Assembly: GCA_964016885.1 (NCBI GenBank)
Contig: OZ024757.1
Location: 40,982,001-41,046,000, forward strand
From: Eledone cirrhosa
Taxonomy: Eukaryota
Direction of reading: 5' to 3'
DNA: 64,000 nt
Shown here: in pieces, positions 31,970 to 48,650 of the stretch
Layout of the letters: every line of letters begins with the position of its first letter
Numbering within the stretch: position 1 is the stretch's first letter
Made by a program: the position numbers and the translations under genes
The notes under the pieces: generated by a model
What the model was told of the DNA's origin: nothing
Database searches by the model: none
The model's input: the letters and a program-made list of their open reading frames with translations, nothing else

Positions 31970-32025
31970 ACTGCCTGATGAGGTCATAGCCATTCAATGG
32001 CTATCATCGAAATATATATAGCAGT
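31970..32025 (+). ncRNA. Type I hammerhead ribozyme (family B copy 2)
   Basis: ACUGC-CUGAUGA-GGUcAUAGCCAUUcAAUGGCUAUcAUC-GAAA-UAUAUA-UA|-GCAGU, then AAUAAA and a tail into (TA)n. Confidence 0.85.
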
Positions 32026-32066
32026 AAATAAAGGATTATGAGTTCATGCAATTGACTTATGTTTCG

Positions 32067-32115
<49 letters not shown>

Positions 32116-32230
32116 TTCGGATATTGCTCCATCTCTATCTATCTCTGCCCCTCTCTCTCACTCACCCTCATTCATTCTCTCATTCACTCCTTATCACTCT
32201 CTCTCTGTCCCTCTCTCCCTCTCTCTTTCT

Positions 32231-32262
<32 letters not shown>

Positions 32263-32657
32263 CACGTGATAATTCTTTCTTTATCTTTCCTTTACACGTT
32301 TCCCACATCTTTAATAATCTCCTCACATATGTTGTCCATTGATTGATTGATTCAATCATTCATAATTCTATGTCTTTTCATTATTTAGACAATTTCTTGT
32401 CCAGTTATTTAAACGTAAAACGTATTTTTCTGTTCTTTTATCTTCTATCAGCCATATTATTTATTCACAAACTCACTGCGTTTTGGGAATTTCCGACACA
32501 CATTGCAAACTTGAGATTCAATAATGAGACAAGGTTTTAAGTGCTTATGAAAGTTCATGTTTAGATGTCACTCTAGTATCGTTTGCTCTTCCATCTTTCC
32601 CATACACATAGATATTTATATAAACATGCCTTGACTTAAGCATGACTGACGGGTTAA

Positions 32658-33449
32658 CCCTTTACCATTTACATTACTCTATATATACTGTTGTAATTTC
32701 AAAGGCTTTACCTCACATAATATCTCACATAACATTTACATTACTCTATATATACTATTGTATTTTCACAGTAGGGGCTTTACCTCACATAATATCTCAC
32801 ATAACATTTACATTACTCTATATATACTATTGTATTTTCACAGTAGGGGCTTTACCTCACATAATATCTCACATAACATTTACATTACTCTATATATACT
32901 ATTGTATTTTCACAGTAGGGGCTTTACCTCACATAATATCTCACATAACATTTATATTACTCTATATATACTATTGTAATTTCACAGTAAAGGCTTTACC
33001 TCACATAATATCTCACATAACATTTACATTACTCTATATATACTATTGTATTTTCACAGTAGAGGCTTTACCTCACATAATATCTCACATAACATTTACA
33101 TTACTCTATATATACTATTGTATTTTCACAGTAGAGGCTTTACCTCACATAATATCTCACATAACATTTACATTACTCTATATATACTATTGTATTTTCA
33201 CAGTAAAGGCTTTACCTCACATAATATCTCACATAACATTTACATTACTCTATATATACAATTGTATTTTCACAGTAAAGGCTTTACCTAACATAATTAT
33301 CTCACATAATATCATATCTACAAGATTTAGATATTATTTATTTTGAGAACAATACCTTAACATAAGTATGAGCAACGGGTTACGGCCAGTCTGAACTGAA
33401 AGAAGTGAGAGAATTCTGGACGGATGACATCGGTTTAAATGCTAAAGGG
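32658..33449. mobile_element. piggyBac-like (TTAA) MITE with internal minisatellite
   Basis: TTAA|CCCTTTAcCATTTA...TAAATGcTAAAGGG|TTGA termini. Confidence 0.65.
32666..33310. repeat. 72-bp minisatellite, ~9 near-identical copies
   Basis: GGCTTTACCT recurs every 72 bp from 32704 to 33280. Confidence 0.97.
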
Positions 33450-33637
33450 TTGAGGTGTTAAGCCAGCATTGCTACATTTACTGTTACACTGAGTCTCCCT
33501 GATAACTACGATCAGGATAAACGTATCCAAGCAACCATTAACCAATCGCATGAGCTTGGAATGGCTCAAGGGTTAGAATATTAATCCTTTCATGGCCGTA
33601 TATCCAATGAAATATACTCTGAAGAATTGGGGGGGAG

Positions 33638-33915
33638 GGGGATTTACTAAAATTATTATTTCCTTAATATGATACGAACTTAACATGTGGTTCTCATATA
33701 AAATTATGTTGGAAGATATTAATATAAATAGGAAACATGTATTCCAATATATTAATGAATAATTTTGAGGGATTTACTACAGTTATTAATTATTTCATTA
33801 CTTTGATATAAATTTAACATATGGTTCGTATATAAAATTATGTTGGAAGATATTAATTTAAAAAGAAACCCTGTGTTCCAATTTATTAATGAAGAATTTT
33901 GAGGGATTAACTAAA
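33638..33915. repeat. Tandem duplication of a ~130-bp AT-rich unit
   Basis: ATATAAAATTATGTTGGAAGATATTAAT and its flanks occur twice. Confidence 0.75.
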
Positions 33916-34714
33916 CTGTAATTCCTTTTAACTGATCCTCCTGTATTTTCTTTTACCGAAAGCCGGGAACTTTTCAGCACACCACGTATGTATGAATGTA
34001 TATATGTATGTATGTATGGTTAAACCACTGAGAGTGAAGGACCCCTAGCGTTTGTCAGGGCATTCTTCTAGGAGAAGGCAACTCAGGAAACTGGGATAAC
34101 TCCGACATAAAACCTGCGGCTCAGTAGTTACCGATGATGTTGATCTTTTCTTCTTTTCGGGTTATATCTACTGTCGCTCAGAGAGTGGAATTGGCTCAGT
34201 GCGCAGTCTTTCCTCACTTTAAAAAATATTCACGCACAGGCATTGCCCGATAGCATTAATTGATAATCATTAATAATGTTATATCGTGTAATCGCCATAC
34301 TCGATAACGAGGGGGCAGCCATCATGTATGTATGTATGTATATATGTATTATGTATTCATACATACTTTGAAAGTACACAATGAATGCTAGCACCATATG
34401 ACTAAGAGTTACACAACCATTATTCTGTGTGTGTATATATATATGTGAACATTGTCCAAAATCTAATTGTCGTAGATAGTTGCACTTGTAGGAACTAGAA
34501 GAGATAGTAAAGACGAGCGAATGGAGCCAAACAAGTTATTTCTACACCTGCTGTAACTCGTCTAATAGAATTAACCAGCGTTATATTGCAGTACGTTAGA
34601 GAGGGAAAAGAGAAAAAGGAAGATGTAAGAATTTAGAAATAGGTTGCGTTCAATCTATATTTATATAACTACTAAAGGTACGTATGTGTGTGTGTGTTCG
34701 TGTATCGCTCTCTA

Positions 34715-34808
<94 letters not shown>

Positions 34809-35387
34809 AAGATACATGCATATACACACACAGAGGAATATATATATATATATATATGTGTGTGTGGATATATAATCAGGTAATACAATCAGAGTGAGTA
34901 CAACAATCAGAATGTGTTTAGATAGACAGTTATTTCGGTGCCTTTACAGTCTCTTTATTATTATTAATGTTACTATTGTTATTATTATTATTATTATTAT
35001 TATTGTTGTTGTTGTTTTTCCGTTCATTTCCTAACCAAGATGCACAAACCTTCAGAATGGTTCTGCTTTTGATTTTTCAAATGTTTGTTGTTGCTTTGGT
35101 TTTGGGGTGTTTTTGTTGTTGTTTTATGCCATTTTTGTATGATGTACATCTGATTATCTGTTGTTTTCACTGTGTTTAATACCCTCCCAACCACCCACTC
35201 GTAGCTTTACTATCTGGGTTCAAATCATGCAAGGTTAACATTGCCTTTCATCCTTCTGAAGACGATAATATAAAGTACCAGTTATGTACTGGGATTAATG
35301 CTGTATAATCAACCTTTATATTCTCCCAAATTGCTGGAATTTTGCCAATGTAGAAAAAGTATGATTTACGATACAACATACTGATGA

Positions 35388-35594
35388 GTTTGAATTATTA
35401 TCTATTTCTTTATCAAATGACACCATGGTATGAGCACGAGTTTGTGGAAGACCAGCAGATGCCATGCATATCAGTGTCCCCTCAGCACACCATGTGCTGA
35501 GGGGACATTGATATGCATGGGATCTGCTGGTTTTCCACAAACTCGTGCTCATACCATGGTTTCATTTGATAAAGAAATAGATCATGATTCAAAT
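35388..35594. repeat. ~200-bp near-perfect palindrome
   Basis: ~100-bp arms around CAGCACA-cca-TGTGCTG; gives near-identical ORFs on both strands. Confidence 0.9.
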
Positions 35595-36958
35595 TTAGAA
35601 GTCGACCTTAAGTAGGAGCAATAACATTAAGAACGACATGAACGACACCACAACATTTTGTAGTGAAAATGTTGAAAGTAGGTTTATAAGCATGAATTAT
35701 CAGTAGGTTTTCGTACCATTCTCAATGGGCTAGTGGTAAGTACTACAGACGGTGGAGATCCTGGTCTTGGGTTCAATCCTGGTCATTTTCAGTTTTATTT
35801 TACATCCCATAGAAAAAAATACTAAAAAAGTTTTATTGGGAAATCTACTCCCATCAGGGATCGAACTTCAGACCAGGGTCACCACCGGCTATGATTCCTC
35901 CAACTAGGCCACCGAGACATCTTCAAAAGTATACTGAAAATTGATAATTATAAACCTACTTTCAAAGTTAAAAGGGCGTGGTGACGTTCATGGCTTCCCT
36001 AAAGCTGTTAGTCATATTTAGGGTCGACTAGTCAATATTCTGGCTATTTGGTAACAACCTTATTATTCCTATATGTGTTTAACTGTTGAATTAATTATAT
36101 TTGATTATTTTAACTAACAAATAATATATATATATGAGTATACGTATATATATACTCATATATATATATTATTTGTTAGTTAAAATAATCAAATATAATT
36201 AATTCAACAGTTAAACACACATAGGACTATATTTAGACTATATTTTAACCTGCAATCCATGTTTCATTTCTCTTGCACCTCATTTCTCTACGCATCTCTC
36301 TCTTTCTCTGTGATATTTGAATAGGAATAATAAGGTTGCTACCAAATAGCCAGAATATTGACTAGTCGACCCTAAATATGACTAACAGCTCTAGGGAAGC
36401 CATGAACGTCACCACGTCCTTTTAACTTTGAAAGTAGGTTTATAATTATCAATTTTCATTATAGTTTTGAAGATGTTTCGGTGGCCTAGTTGGAGGAATC
36501 ATAGCCGGTGGTGATACTGGTCTGAAGTTCGATCCCTGATGGGAGTAGGTTTCCCGATAAACCTTTTTTAGTTTGTTTTTTTTCTATGGGATGTAAAATA
36601 AAACTGAAAATGACCAGGATTGAACCCAAGACCAGGATCTCCACCGTCTGTAGTACTTACCACTAGCCCATTGAGAATGGTACGAAAATCTACTGAAAAT
36701 TCCTGCTTATAAACCTACTTTCAAAATGTTCAATACAAAATGATTTGGTGTCGTTCATGTCTTTCTTAATGTTATTGCTCCTACTTAAGGTCGACTTCTA
36801 AATCATTTGGGTGTTCCATAAACTACATCCTCGTTTTGTTTCTCATCTATCTAGACTATATTTTAACTTGTAATCCAGGTTTCATTTCTGTTGCACCTCG
36901 TTTCTTCCCTCCTTCCTCTCTCTCTCTCGCTCGCTCTTTCTTTCTGTGACATTAGAAT
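35594..36958. mobile_element. Nested inverted/tandem array of family P element
   Basis: 35594-36072 is the reverse complement of 36321-36802. Inner palindrome at 36069-36226. ~95-bp direct repeat at 36228-36322 and 36850-36958. Confidence 0.85.
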
Positions 36959-37034
36959 CTACTATACATGTTTTTGCATATCAGTTAGATTTGAACTTAC
37001 AATGACTGACAATATATATATATATATATATATA

Positions 37035-37352
37035 TTCATTCAAAATATTAACAAAAATAGAACTTCATTGTGATCAAGTATATTTTATTATACATATTTC
37101 AGAGGTACTGAGCTAACTTCAAAAGTACGTCCTCATCAGATAAAATAAGTTGATGCATGACATACCCTGACATAGTAGATGGTTAAGATCCAGTCAGTGT
37201 AGTATATTTTTGTTAATATTTTGTTAATAGTCTATTTTTGTTACTATTTTGAATGAATATTAATAACTCAGGAAAACCAAATTACTGTTGTGTGCTTCCA
37301 ATCTATTGTAAAACTAATTCTTAGATTTATTCATCGAACCTTGTTTAACCTT
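37035..37352 (+). mobile_element. Family C fold-back mini-element, copy 2
   Basis: Matches 25480-25872 with part of the right arm deleted. Confidence 0.7.
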
Positions 37353-37678
37353 TATATATATATATATATAAATGAAAGTATAGAAATTGTTGTGAGCGTG
37401 AAGCCAACAGTATATATAATTCAAACTCAATATATATTTATAATTCAAACTCAATATATATTTATATATTTCGTTTCTGAATTTGTTTAGCAAGATTCTT
37501 TATCTGAAAACGTGTGTTGAAACCGATATTGTTATACGTTGGGAGGGTCATGTTGCCAATAAGAAACACACGCACCAGTGCTTTCACTTCAATTTATTAT
37601 AATAAATTTATAAATTTAGGAATTTATAAATTTCCGGTTTGGTGGTTGGTTCCACAACCAGATGGTTGTTTATATATT

Positions 37679-37721
37679 GTCAAAGTTCTTTCGTCACACA
37701 TTCTGTGACCTCTTCAGTGAC
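37679..37721 (-). ncRNA. Minimal type I hammerhead in PLE 3' pseudo-LTR
   Basis: Minus strand: GUCA-CUGAAGA-gGUCACAgaaugUGUGAC-GAAA-GAAC-UU|-UGAC, on the same strand as the RT. Confidence 0.8.
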
Positions 37722-37935
37722 TGGGGATTCTTTTCTTTGTTTTTTGTTTGTGCCTCTCCTTTGTTCTGTCCTACGCCATCTTGTTTGTGTGTGTGTGTTG
37801 TGTGCTTAGTTTGCGCATCTGTTACATCCGGGTGTCTGTGTGTGTTTATATTCGTTTATTTATTTGTTTGTTTGTTTATCTACATGTTACTGGTTGGTTG
37901 TTTGTTCTATGTGCGTGTGTGTTTTCATTTTGTCC

Positions 37936-39451
37936 TTAATTGTAAGTTGTGATGTTGCTGTTCCACTCGTGTTTTCTATTTAATTTTGGTTGTAATTCAT
38001 TTATGTTTATTGCCTCTGTGATTTGTCTAAACATTGCGTCTTTTCTGTGTGTAGATTCTATTTTTTATTTCTATGTTCTCTAATTTACCCTTATGTTCTA
38101 TTTTAGTATGTTGGTAGAGTACAGATGATTCTTTACTATCTTGAAGGTCTCGCCAGTGTTCATTTATCCGTTCCCCTATACTACGAGCTGTCTCACCAAT
38201 GTACACTATATTTTTATCTCTACATTGTCCTTCAGTACATCTTATGCTATATACTACATTTCTAGTTTTACAGTTAATATGGCTCCTTCGTATACTCTGA
38301 CTCTGTCTCTTTGGTTGTAGCCAGAGAACTGCATGCGGTTGATGAAGTGTTGGATGTGTCTTTCCATTTCTGTTGGGTCGCACGTGCGGGACACATTCTT
38401 CATCACTCGTACCAAATCTGCTATCAGAATATTAAACTTAGCACTACTGGACATTGCTGAGTTTTTGAGTATCAGGTATTTGGAGGCCATGGTTTAGCAT
38501 AGTGTGAGTGGAGAATTTGGGCTCTCTCGTCTATAGTGTTAATCCAGAGTTCCGTGTCTAATACAGGTAGTCTATTGTTAGGGTGTTTGGAAGGGTAGTC
38601 GATAGTTACAGTTATACTCTGGTGTATGGAATTAGCTATCTGCTGGATGCTTTCTATTGTGCTACGTTCTAAATCAAACTTGTTAGTGCTCTCTAGTGGG
38701 GATGTTCTTATAACTATATTGATATCGTCTACGTAACGAGAGTACATGATGAGGTCTATGGAGCTCTCATTAAGGAGATCTTTAAGTCTCCTTTCCCACC
38801 ATACCATAAAAAGGTTGGCAACATCACCAGCTATGCTGACGGCAATGGCTGCTCCCTCATTTTGGGTGTAGATCTTCTCGTTGAACTTGAATATGTGGCC
38901 CTTTAGGGTAGTTTTGATACTAGCCCCTATTGCATGTGCGACCATTTTTCTTACCTGATCATTGTTTTGGGGGGTCCGTATAGCTTTGGTCCACCCAATC
39001 CACCTTCCCATGGGAGTCTTTTTAGCCATTGAGGTTATGGTGGGGGGTCTACCTCTTATGGGTCTACTAGGGCAGAAACGTCTAAGGTGATGGCTGTCTA
39101 GGTAGTCAGTGTCGTAGGTAAGTCTAAGTAGGAGGCCCAGTTCGTCTGTGTCGACGTCGCAGAACTCCACCTCTTCTCAATGTTCATCTCCACACATTTT
39201 TCCACAGCAAAATCAATGTTAATGGATGGGTACAGTGATACCAGATCCATGCTGCCTATTATGCAGTTGGAAAGGTTTTTGTTTTTGTTGCACTCACTGA
39301 TTCTGCTGAGGAGGTCCTCTGTACTGTCACATACATCTGGGGACATCTTGATTATGGGGCGTATAACCGTTGAGAGGAAGTAGGAGATCCTGTAGTTGCT
39401 AGCTATATTTGCTCCGCATACGGGTCTTGTTGGGGGTCCTGTTGTCGGAAA
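37936..39451 (-). pseudogene. Frameshifted PLE reverse transcriptase / GIY-YIG endonuclease
   Basis: Motifs in order: [64 protein letters not shown], thumb KP(M)AS..SAM..MQFSGY, NVVYSIRC..C..YIGETARSIGERINEH, RQITEA..LNRKHEW. Frame changes near 39175, 38490, 38280 and 38065. Confidence 0.93.
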
Positions 39452-42380
<2,929 letters not shown>

Positions 42381-43124
42381 ATATGTATGATAGCAGTAAT
42401 ATCCATTTTGATACTTTCATATCTCATAATTTTTTCCTGGTAAAATCTCAGCAAAAAAAGTAACGGGGTGGGAAGCGTGAATATTCTCTACATTTGATAA
42501 AGTGTGTTTTATTAAGAGAATAATTCGGTTGCTCCGGTCATTGGAAACAAATGGCTTCGTCACAGTCTTTGCTAATATCTGAACAACGAGAAAACAAATT
42601 CACATGAATGAAAAAATCTAAAGGAAAGAAGGAAAGAAAAGACATTTCTTTTTTATCTTATCCAATTTGTTTCTAAAGATATTCATCACGGGAGGGGAAA
42701 TTATGAACATTTGTCGTTTCCGGATTTTTCGTCGGAGAATGTTTTGTCATTGTCAGATCTTTCTAATCGGAACAATGGTAACTATGTTTTTTGGGGAGAG
42801 ATTTTTGTTGTTTTTTCTCAACAAGAAAAAGAAACAGATGAAATAATAGATTTGAAATGTACAAAATAGATTCGCTACTATAACGATTTCACGCATGCGT
42901 GTTAAAAGACACGTACGCCAGTTCAGGAAGAACACATCGATCGTTCGTTTACGTTTTGAATTGTTTCCGTTTCACATTTGACAAGAGGAATTTATCCCTG
43001 AAATATCATGTTGAAATATACTCCGTAAATCATTACTTCATTTTGTTTTATTTGTCTTCCATTGCCCTTTATATATTTCTACAAACTCACAGAGGTTAAT
43101 TTTGCCTCTGACTCTTAATGGATC

Positions 43125-43440
43125 AATAGAATAAAGTACCAGTAATTCACTGGGGTCGATTTAATTGACTTTCTCCTCCAGAAAAGTGATTGGCCTTGTA
43201 CGTAAATCAAAAACCATTATTTGGAGTTACGAGTTCAAATCTCGCCGACGTTAGTTTTTGCATATCATCCTTACGGGATCCACAATTAATGATATTGTGT
43301 CTAAATCAGAAACTGTTATTACTATTATTATTATTATTTAGCGTTTATCTCATTAGGTTCTGAGTTCGAATCCCGCTGAGATTAGTTTTTACCTTTCATC
43401 GAAAATTGTTGGTCTTATATGTCAATCAGAAACCATTATT
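43125..43440 (+). mobile_element. Cluster of SINE family 1 fragments
   Basis: GAGTTCAAATCTCGCCGA and GAGTTCGAATCCCGCTGA heads; AAAGTACCAGT..CTGGGGTCGAT core. Confidence 0.7.
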
Positions 43441-43807
43441 TCGATATGACACAGATGTCGTGAGACGAATGTTTTATTGCATAAATGGTAACTTGCAAAA
43501 CACAAAAGGAATTACTAACATATATATATATATATACATATATAATATATATATATATTTATATATTTATATATATACATATATAATATATATTTATATA
43601 TTTATATATATACATATATAATATATATTTATATATATATACATATATAATATATATTTATATACTTATATATATACATATATAATATATATTTATATAT
43701 TTATATATATACATATATAATATATATTTATATATATACATATATAATATATATTTATATATTTATATATATACATATATAATATATATTTATATATATA
43801 TATATAT

Positions 43808-43853
<46 letters not shown>

Positions 43854-44217
43854 CATGTACATCTAACGCGCCATTCTTTCCTGGCATTGGCGAGCGAGCG
43901 TGTAAAATAAAATACAGACATCGTTATAATTAAGTGCAGAGTTGACGGACACGAAATTAAACATCCAGTAAAAATGCTAGAATAATCATTAATGCTCGGG
44001 AAATGGCTTTGAATGTTACATACTTCAATGGTTCTATAAAGCCACACAAAGAATATTTATACTTTCATTATGTTAGTCTTTTATTTGTAACAGCCTGGGG
44101 TATCGCTAACTACGTTATCAAATCCACACTTGTCGAAAGTGATTAACGAGGTTCTAGTGTGTTATGTAAGTAAAAGTCAAATCATTGAGACAACTGGAAT
44201 ATTTAAGGAGAATCTCG

Positions 44218-44475
<258 letters not shown>

Positions 44476-44478
44476 TTG

Positions 44479-44563
<85 letters not shown>

Positions 44564-45037
44564 ATGTGTGTATATATCTATATATATATATGTGTGTGTG
44601 TATGTGTGTGTGTGTGTATGTACGTATGTATATGTCTGATTATATTGGAGTTTATCAATATACATTCTGGTAAAGTATACATAAACGAGTGTCTTATGAG
44701 AAAGTATATATATATCATCATCAGACTATCGTTTAGTGTATTATGCTACGCTGTTAGGTTTAGTGTAATAGTAGAATAGATTGATTAAGAGTTGGACAAT
44801 ACAAAGTACGTGATATAACTGAGATCGATTACGTTCCCAGATCGATTCTCATCGAAATCTAATTCAGATTCCATGCCTCTGGTCAGAGTTGGACTTATAC
44901 CTTGGAAAACCCTGGGCACTTCAGGTTTTGTGTGGCCCCTCACCCATGCACAAAATATAAGAATACACACCAACCCTCCCCCCCCCCCCCAATTTTACAT
45001 GTCAAAGTTAGGTATATATATATATTTATATATATAA

Positions 45038-45074
<37 letters not shown>

Positions 45075-45159
45075 TAGTGCGGGTAAAATTCCCGAGATGT
45101 TCTTTTCAGTGGCTGACAATACCTTACCAACGCCACTCGAATAAGGTAATTATTTAACA

Positions 45160-45313
45160 CATAAATGGGGCCCTAACAGGTACTACTAACTCCGGGCCAG
45201 AGCAGACCTGGGAGTTATGACAACTAAGGGGGTAACTCCACATTCCCCACAGCTCCTGAACTCTCGAACTAGAGCCTTGCCACTGGATGTAGTTTAATCT
45301 CATACCTAGGACA
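45160..45313 (+). mobile_element. Interspersed repeat fragment (octopus SINE-like)
   Basis: GGG.CCCTAACAGGTACTAC..CTCCGGG.CAGAG..GACCTGGGAGT resembles an abundant cephalopod repeat from memory; single copy here. Confidence 0.45.
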
Positions 45314-46162
45314 TATATATATATATAATCCTTATCGAGCCCTCTTCATTTATTTAAACGTTTAGGATGATGAATCAATGTCGGAACTTAAATTACGTCA
45401 ATGTTCCAAACCGCAAGGTAAAGGCGAACCGTTTGTTACATTAGCAAATTTTTCTTTGCCATCTCCCGTGGTAATGCTGCGAGCGTGTTGACATACCTGA
45501 AAGTGTGTAGATAACCACTAAAGTGTGAGGTGAGGCCAATTTTCTTCCCTTTATCATTTTCGTTTAATGAATTTATATTATTATACACGGTTTGGACATT
45601 ATATTTTTAATGTCCTTTTGAACGAATTGCGAGCAATTTATAATGTTATTTGCGCATTTGTAATGATATTTATGTATACATTTAAAACATATTTGCAATG
45701 TTATTCTACTGTAAATTTATACAACTGTAATATTTTCAAGATAATTTGAAAATAAGAGTAGTTTTTAATAAAAGCAAATATATAATAACGAAAATATTAA
45801 TAGAAATTATTACGATACGCCAAAGGCGAATCTGAACTCGAGACATAAATCTTATACTTTCAAATGAAATATTTTTGGGACACATAACACAGATCTTTTG
45901 TATCTGTTCTCCGAGGATTCATAATAATTCAAGTAGAAATTTTAAAAAAAATAAAACACTTATTTCAATTACTATCTGACAAGATTATCAATAGCCTTTA
46001 AAACTGTTTTATATATTTGTATACACACCGGATAACAACAATACCTAATATATGAATGAATCCAGAAACGAAATTCCAAGAAGAAAGAGAGAAAAGTGAG
46101 GCGAAAATAAATAGATATATATATATATTTATGTTTATATATATGCGTTTATATATATATGC

Positions 46163-46217
<55 letters not shown>

Positions 46218-46448
46218 TTTATTTTATATATAAACGCATATATATAAACATATAAATATATATATATATAAATACATATAAATATATATATACATATAAA
46301 TAAATGCATATAGATACATATAAATATAAATATATACATATAAATAAATGCATATAGATACATATAAATATAAATATAAATACATATATATATATACATA
46401 TGAATAAATACATATATAAAAACATATATATATATATATATAAATATA

Positions 46449-46640
<192 letters not shown>

Positions 46641-46698
46641 AATATATATATATTTATATATATGCAAACGTATATATATAAATATATATGAAAATTTA

Positions 46699-46761
<63 letters not shown>

Positions 46762-47117
46762 GTATATTGAGAGAGAGAGGGGGAGAGAAAGAAAAATAGA
46801 GAAAGATAAATAAATAACGAAAAATATAATTTTTAAAATGTTTTAAAATAAAACTGTTTTTATCTGAGAAACAAGGATTACCCCGGATATTAGATTTTCT
46901 AAATAAATACTGTCCAGAGATTGTGAAATTTTCTTTTTATTTAAAACACGAAATCTATAAAATGGCAGCGCAGACATATTTGAAAAGATAAAAAAATTAT
47001 AAAATGAAAACACTTCAAATATACGTTTGGATGTTTTTAGAAAATGTTTCAAGAAGAAATTTGTTTTCTATATTTTTTAACAATTTTATATTTGACAATA
47101 TATATATATATATAAGC

Positions 47118-47194
<77 letters not shown>

Positions 47195-47218
47195 CCTATA
47201 TAAACACACACACACACA

Positions 47219-47296
<78 letters not shown>

Positions 47297-47331
47297 TACA
47301 TATATATACATATATATATATACATATATAA

Positions 47332-47376
<45 letters not shown>

Positions 47377-47399
47377 TACATATACATATATACATATAC

Positions 47400-47446
<47 letters not shown>

Positions 47447-47515
47447 CATATATATATACATATATATATACATATATATATACGGGAGGAGGTTATAGTT
47501 CACTTATATATATAC

Positions 47516-47598
<83 letters not shown>

Positions 47599-47736
47599 TA
47601 CATATATATATAAATATATATATAAATATATATATATATATACATATATATATACATATATACATATATATATAAATATATATATATGTGTAGATATATA
47701 TATATACATATATATAAATATATATATATATATATA

Positions 47737-48016
47737 TTGTTATACTTGGGGAGGGTCATATTTGTGTAATATTGCCAGAATTAATAACAGAACACACTCA
47801 CTGTTTGGTTGGTTTTTGCTTCTCGCTTCTGTGTCTTTTATATCGGTAATCTAACTTACTCGGTCCTCAATGTTGCCATTGACTGACCGACGGTCAAAAA
47901 TAATACAGATACAATATAGACACAAACACATATATATAGTTTATCATAAATCTTTCGTTGCACATCTGCAACATCGTCAGTGGTGTTATTGTTTCCTCCT
48001 GTAAAAAACCTCGCAA

Positions 48017-48019
<3 letters not shown>
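47737..48019 (-). mobile_element. Solo PLE pseudo-LTR with hammerhead
   Basis: Minus-strand HHR at 47943-47984 (ACCA-CUGACGA-uGUUGCAgaugUGCAAC-GAAA-GAUU-UA|-UGAU) and terminus ATGACCCTCCCCAAGTATAACAA|(TA)n. Confidence 0.75.
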
Positions 48020-48047
<28 letters not shown>

Positions 48048-48093
48048 CTGTGCGCGCTAAGTTAACGTCCAGTAAGCTTTGAAGAATGGTTGG

Positions 48094-48103
48094 ATAGATA
48101 GAC

Positions 48104-48140
<37 letters not shown>

Positions 48141-48141
48141 C

Positions 48142-48236
<95 letters not shown>
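48094..48236. repeat. (GATA)n
   Basis: Directly visible; similar tracts at 55274-55380 and 59538-59690 (with GGTA). Confidence 0.97.
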
Positions 48237-48611
48237 CACAAGGATATCTATATAACCCTACATACAATATTCAGTATATTTTAACAATTTATATATTTTA
48301 AAAAAAGCCAGATATATTTTACACAAAATGTTTTCTTTAAGAATAACTAGAAAATATGGAATTTAACAGATATTTACACATAAACACACACATACACACA
48401 CACACACATATATATATATAAATATATATATATAGAGAGGGAGAGAGAGAGAGCGAAGTAGATAGATAGATAGAAATATATATGTGTGTGCGTATAGCTG
48501 TAGATGTTTATACATATATATATAAAGATATATATATATATATATATATACATACATATACATATATGTATCTAACCCATGCTAGCATGGAAGTTGGGCG
48601 TTAAACGATGA

Positions 48612-48650
<39 letters not shown>

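Larger units (their letters stand above)
37529..39451 (-). mobile_element. Penelope-like retroelement, 5'-truncated
   Basis: RT + GIY-YIG coding relic, 3' non-coding region with HHR and AATAAA, and terminus ATGACCCTCCCAACGTATAACAA. The 5' break abuts an AT microsatellite. Confidence 0.92.

Noticed and set aside
32642-33346. 234-aa ORF of 24-aa repeats
   Set aside because: By-product of a 72-bp minisatellite inside a MITE; almost no variation between units.
33950-33990. Mariner-like single terminal repeat (another at ~26780-26814)
   Set aside because: No partner terminus or transposase seen, so the element cannot be delimited.
35381-35605. CUGAUGA immediately before the 200-bp hairpin (giant stem II hammerhead?)
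   Set aside because: No GAAA-stem III-UH or stem I partner after the hairpin; the right side is cut by a family P element.
35316-35615. Twin ORFs MSTSLWKTSR.. on both strands
   Set aside because: Consequence of the DNA palindrome.
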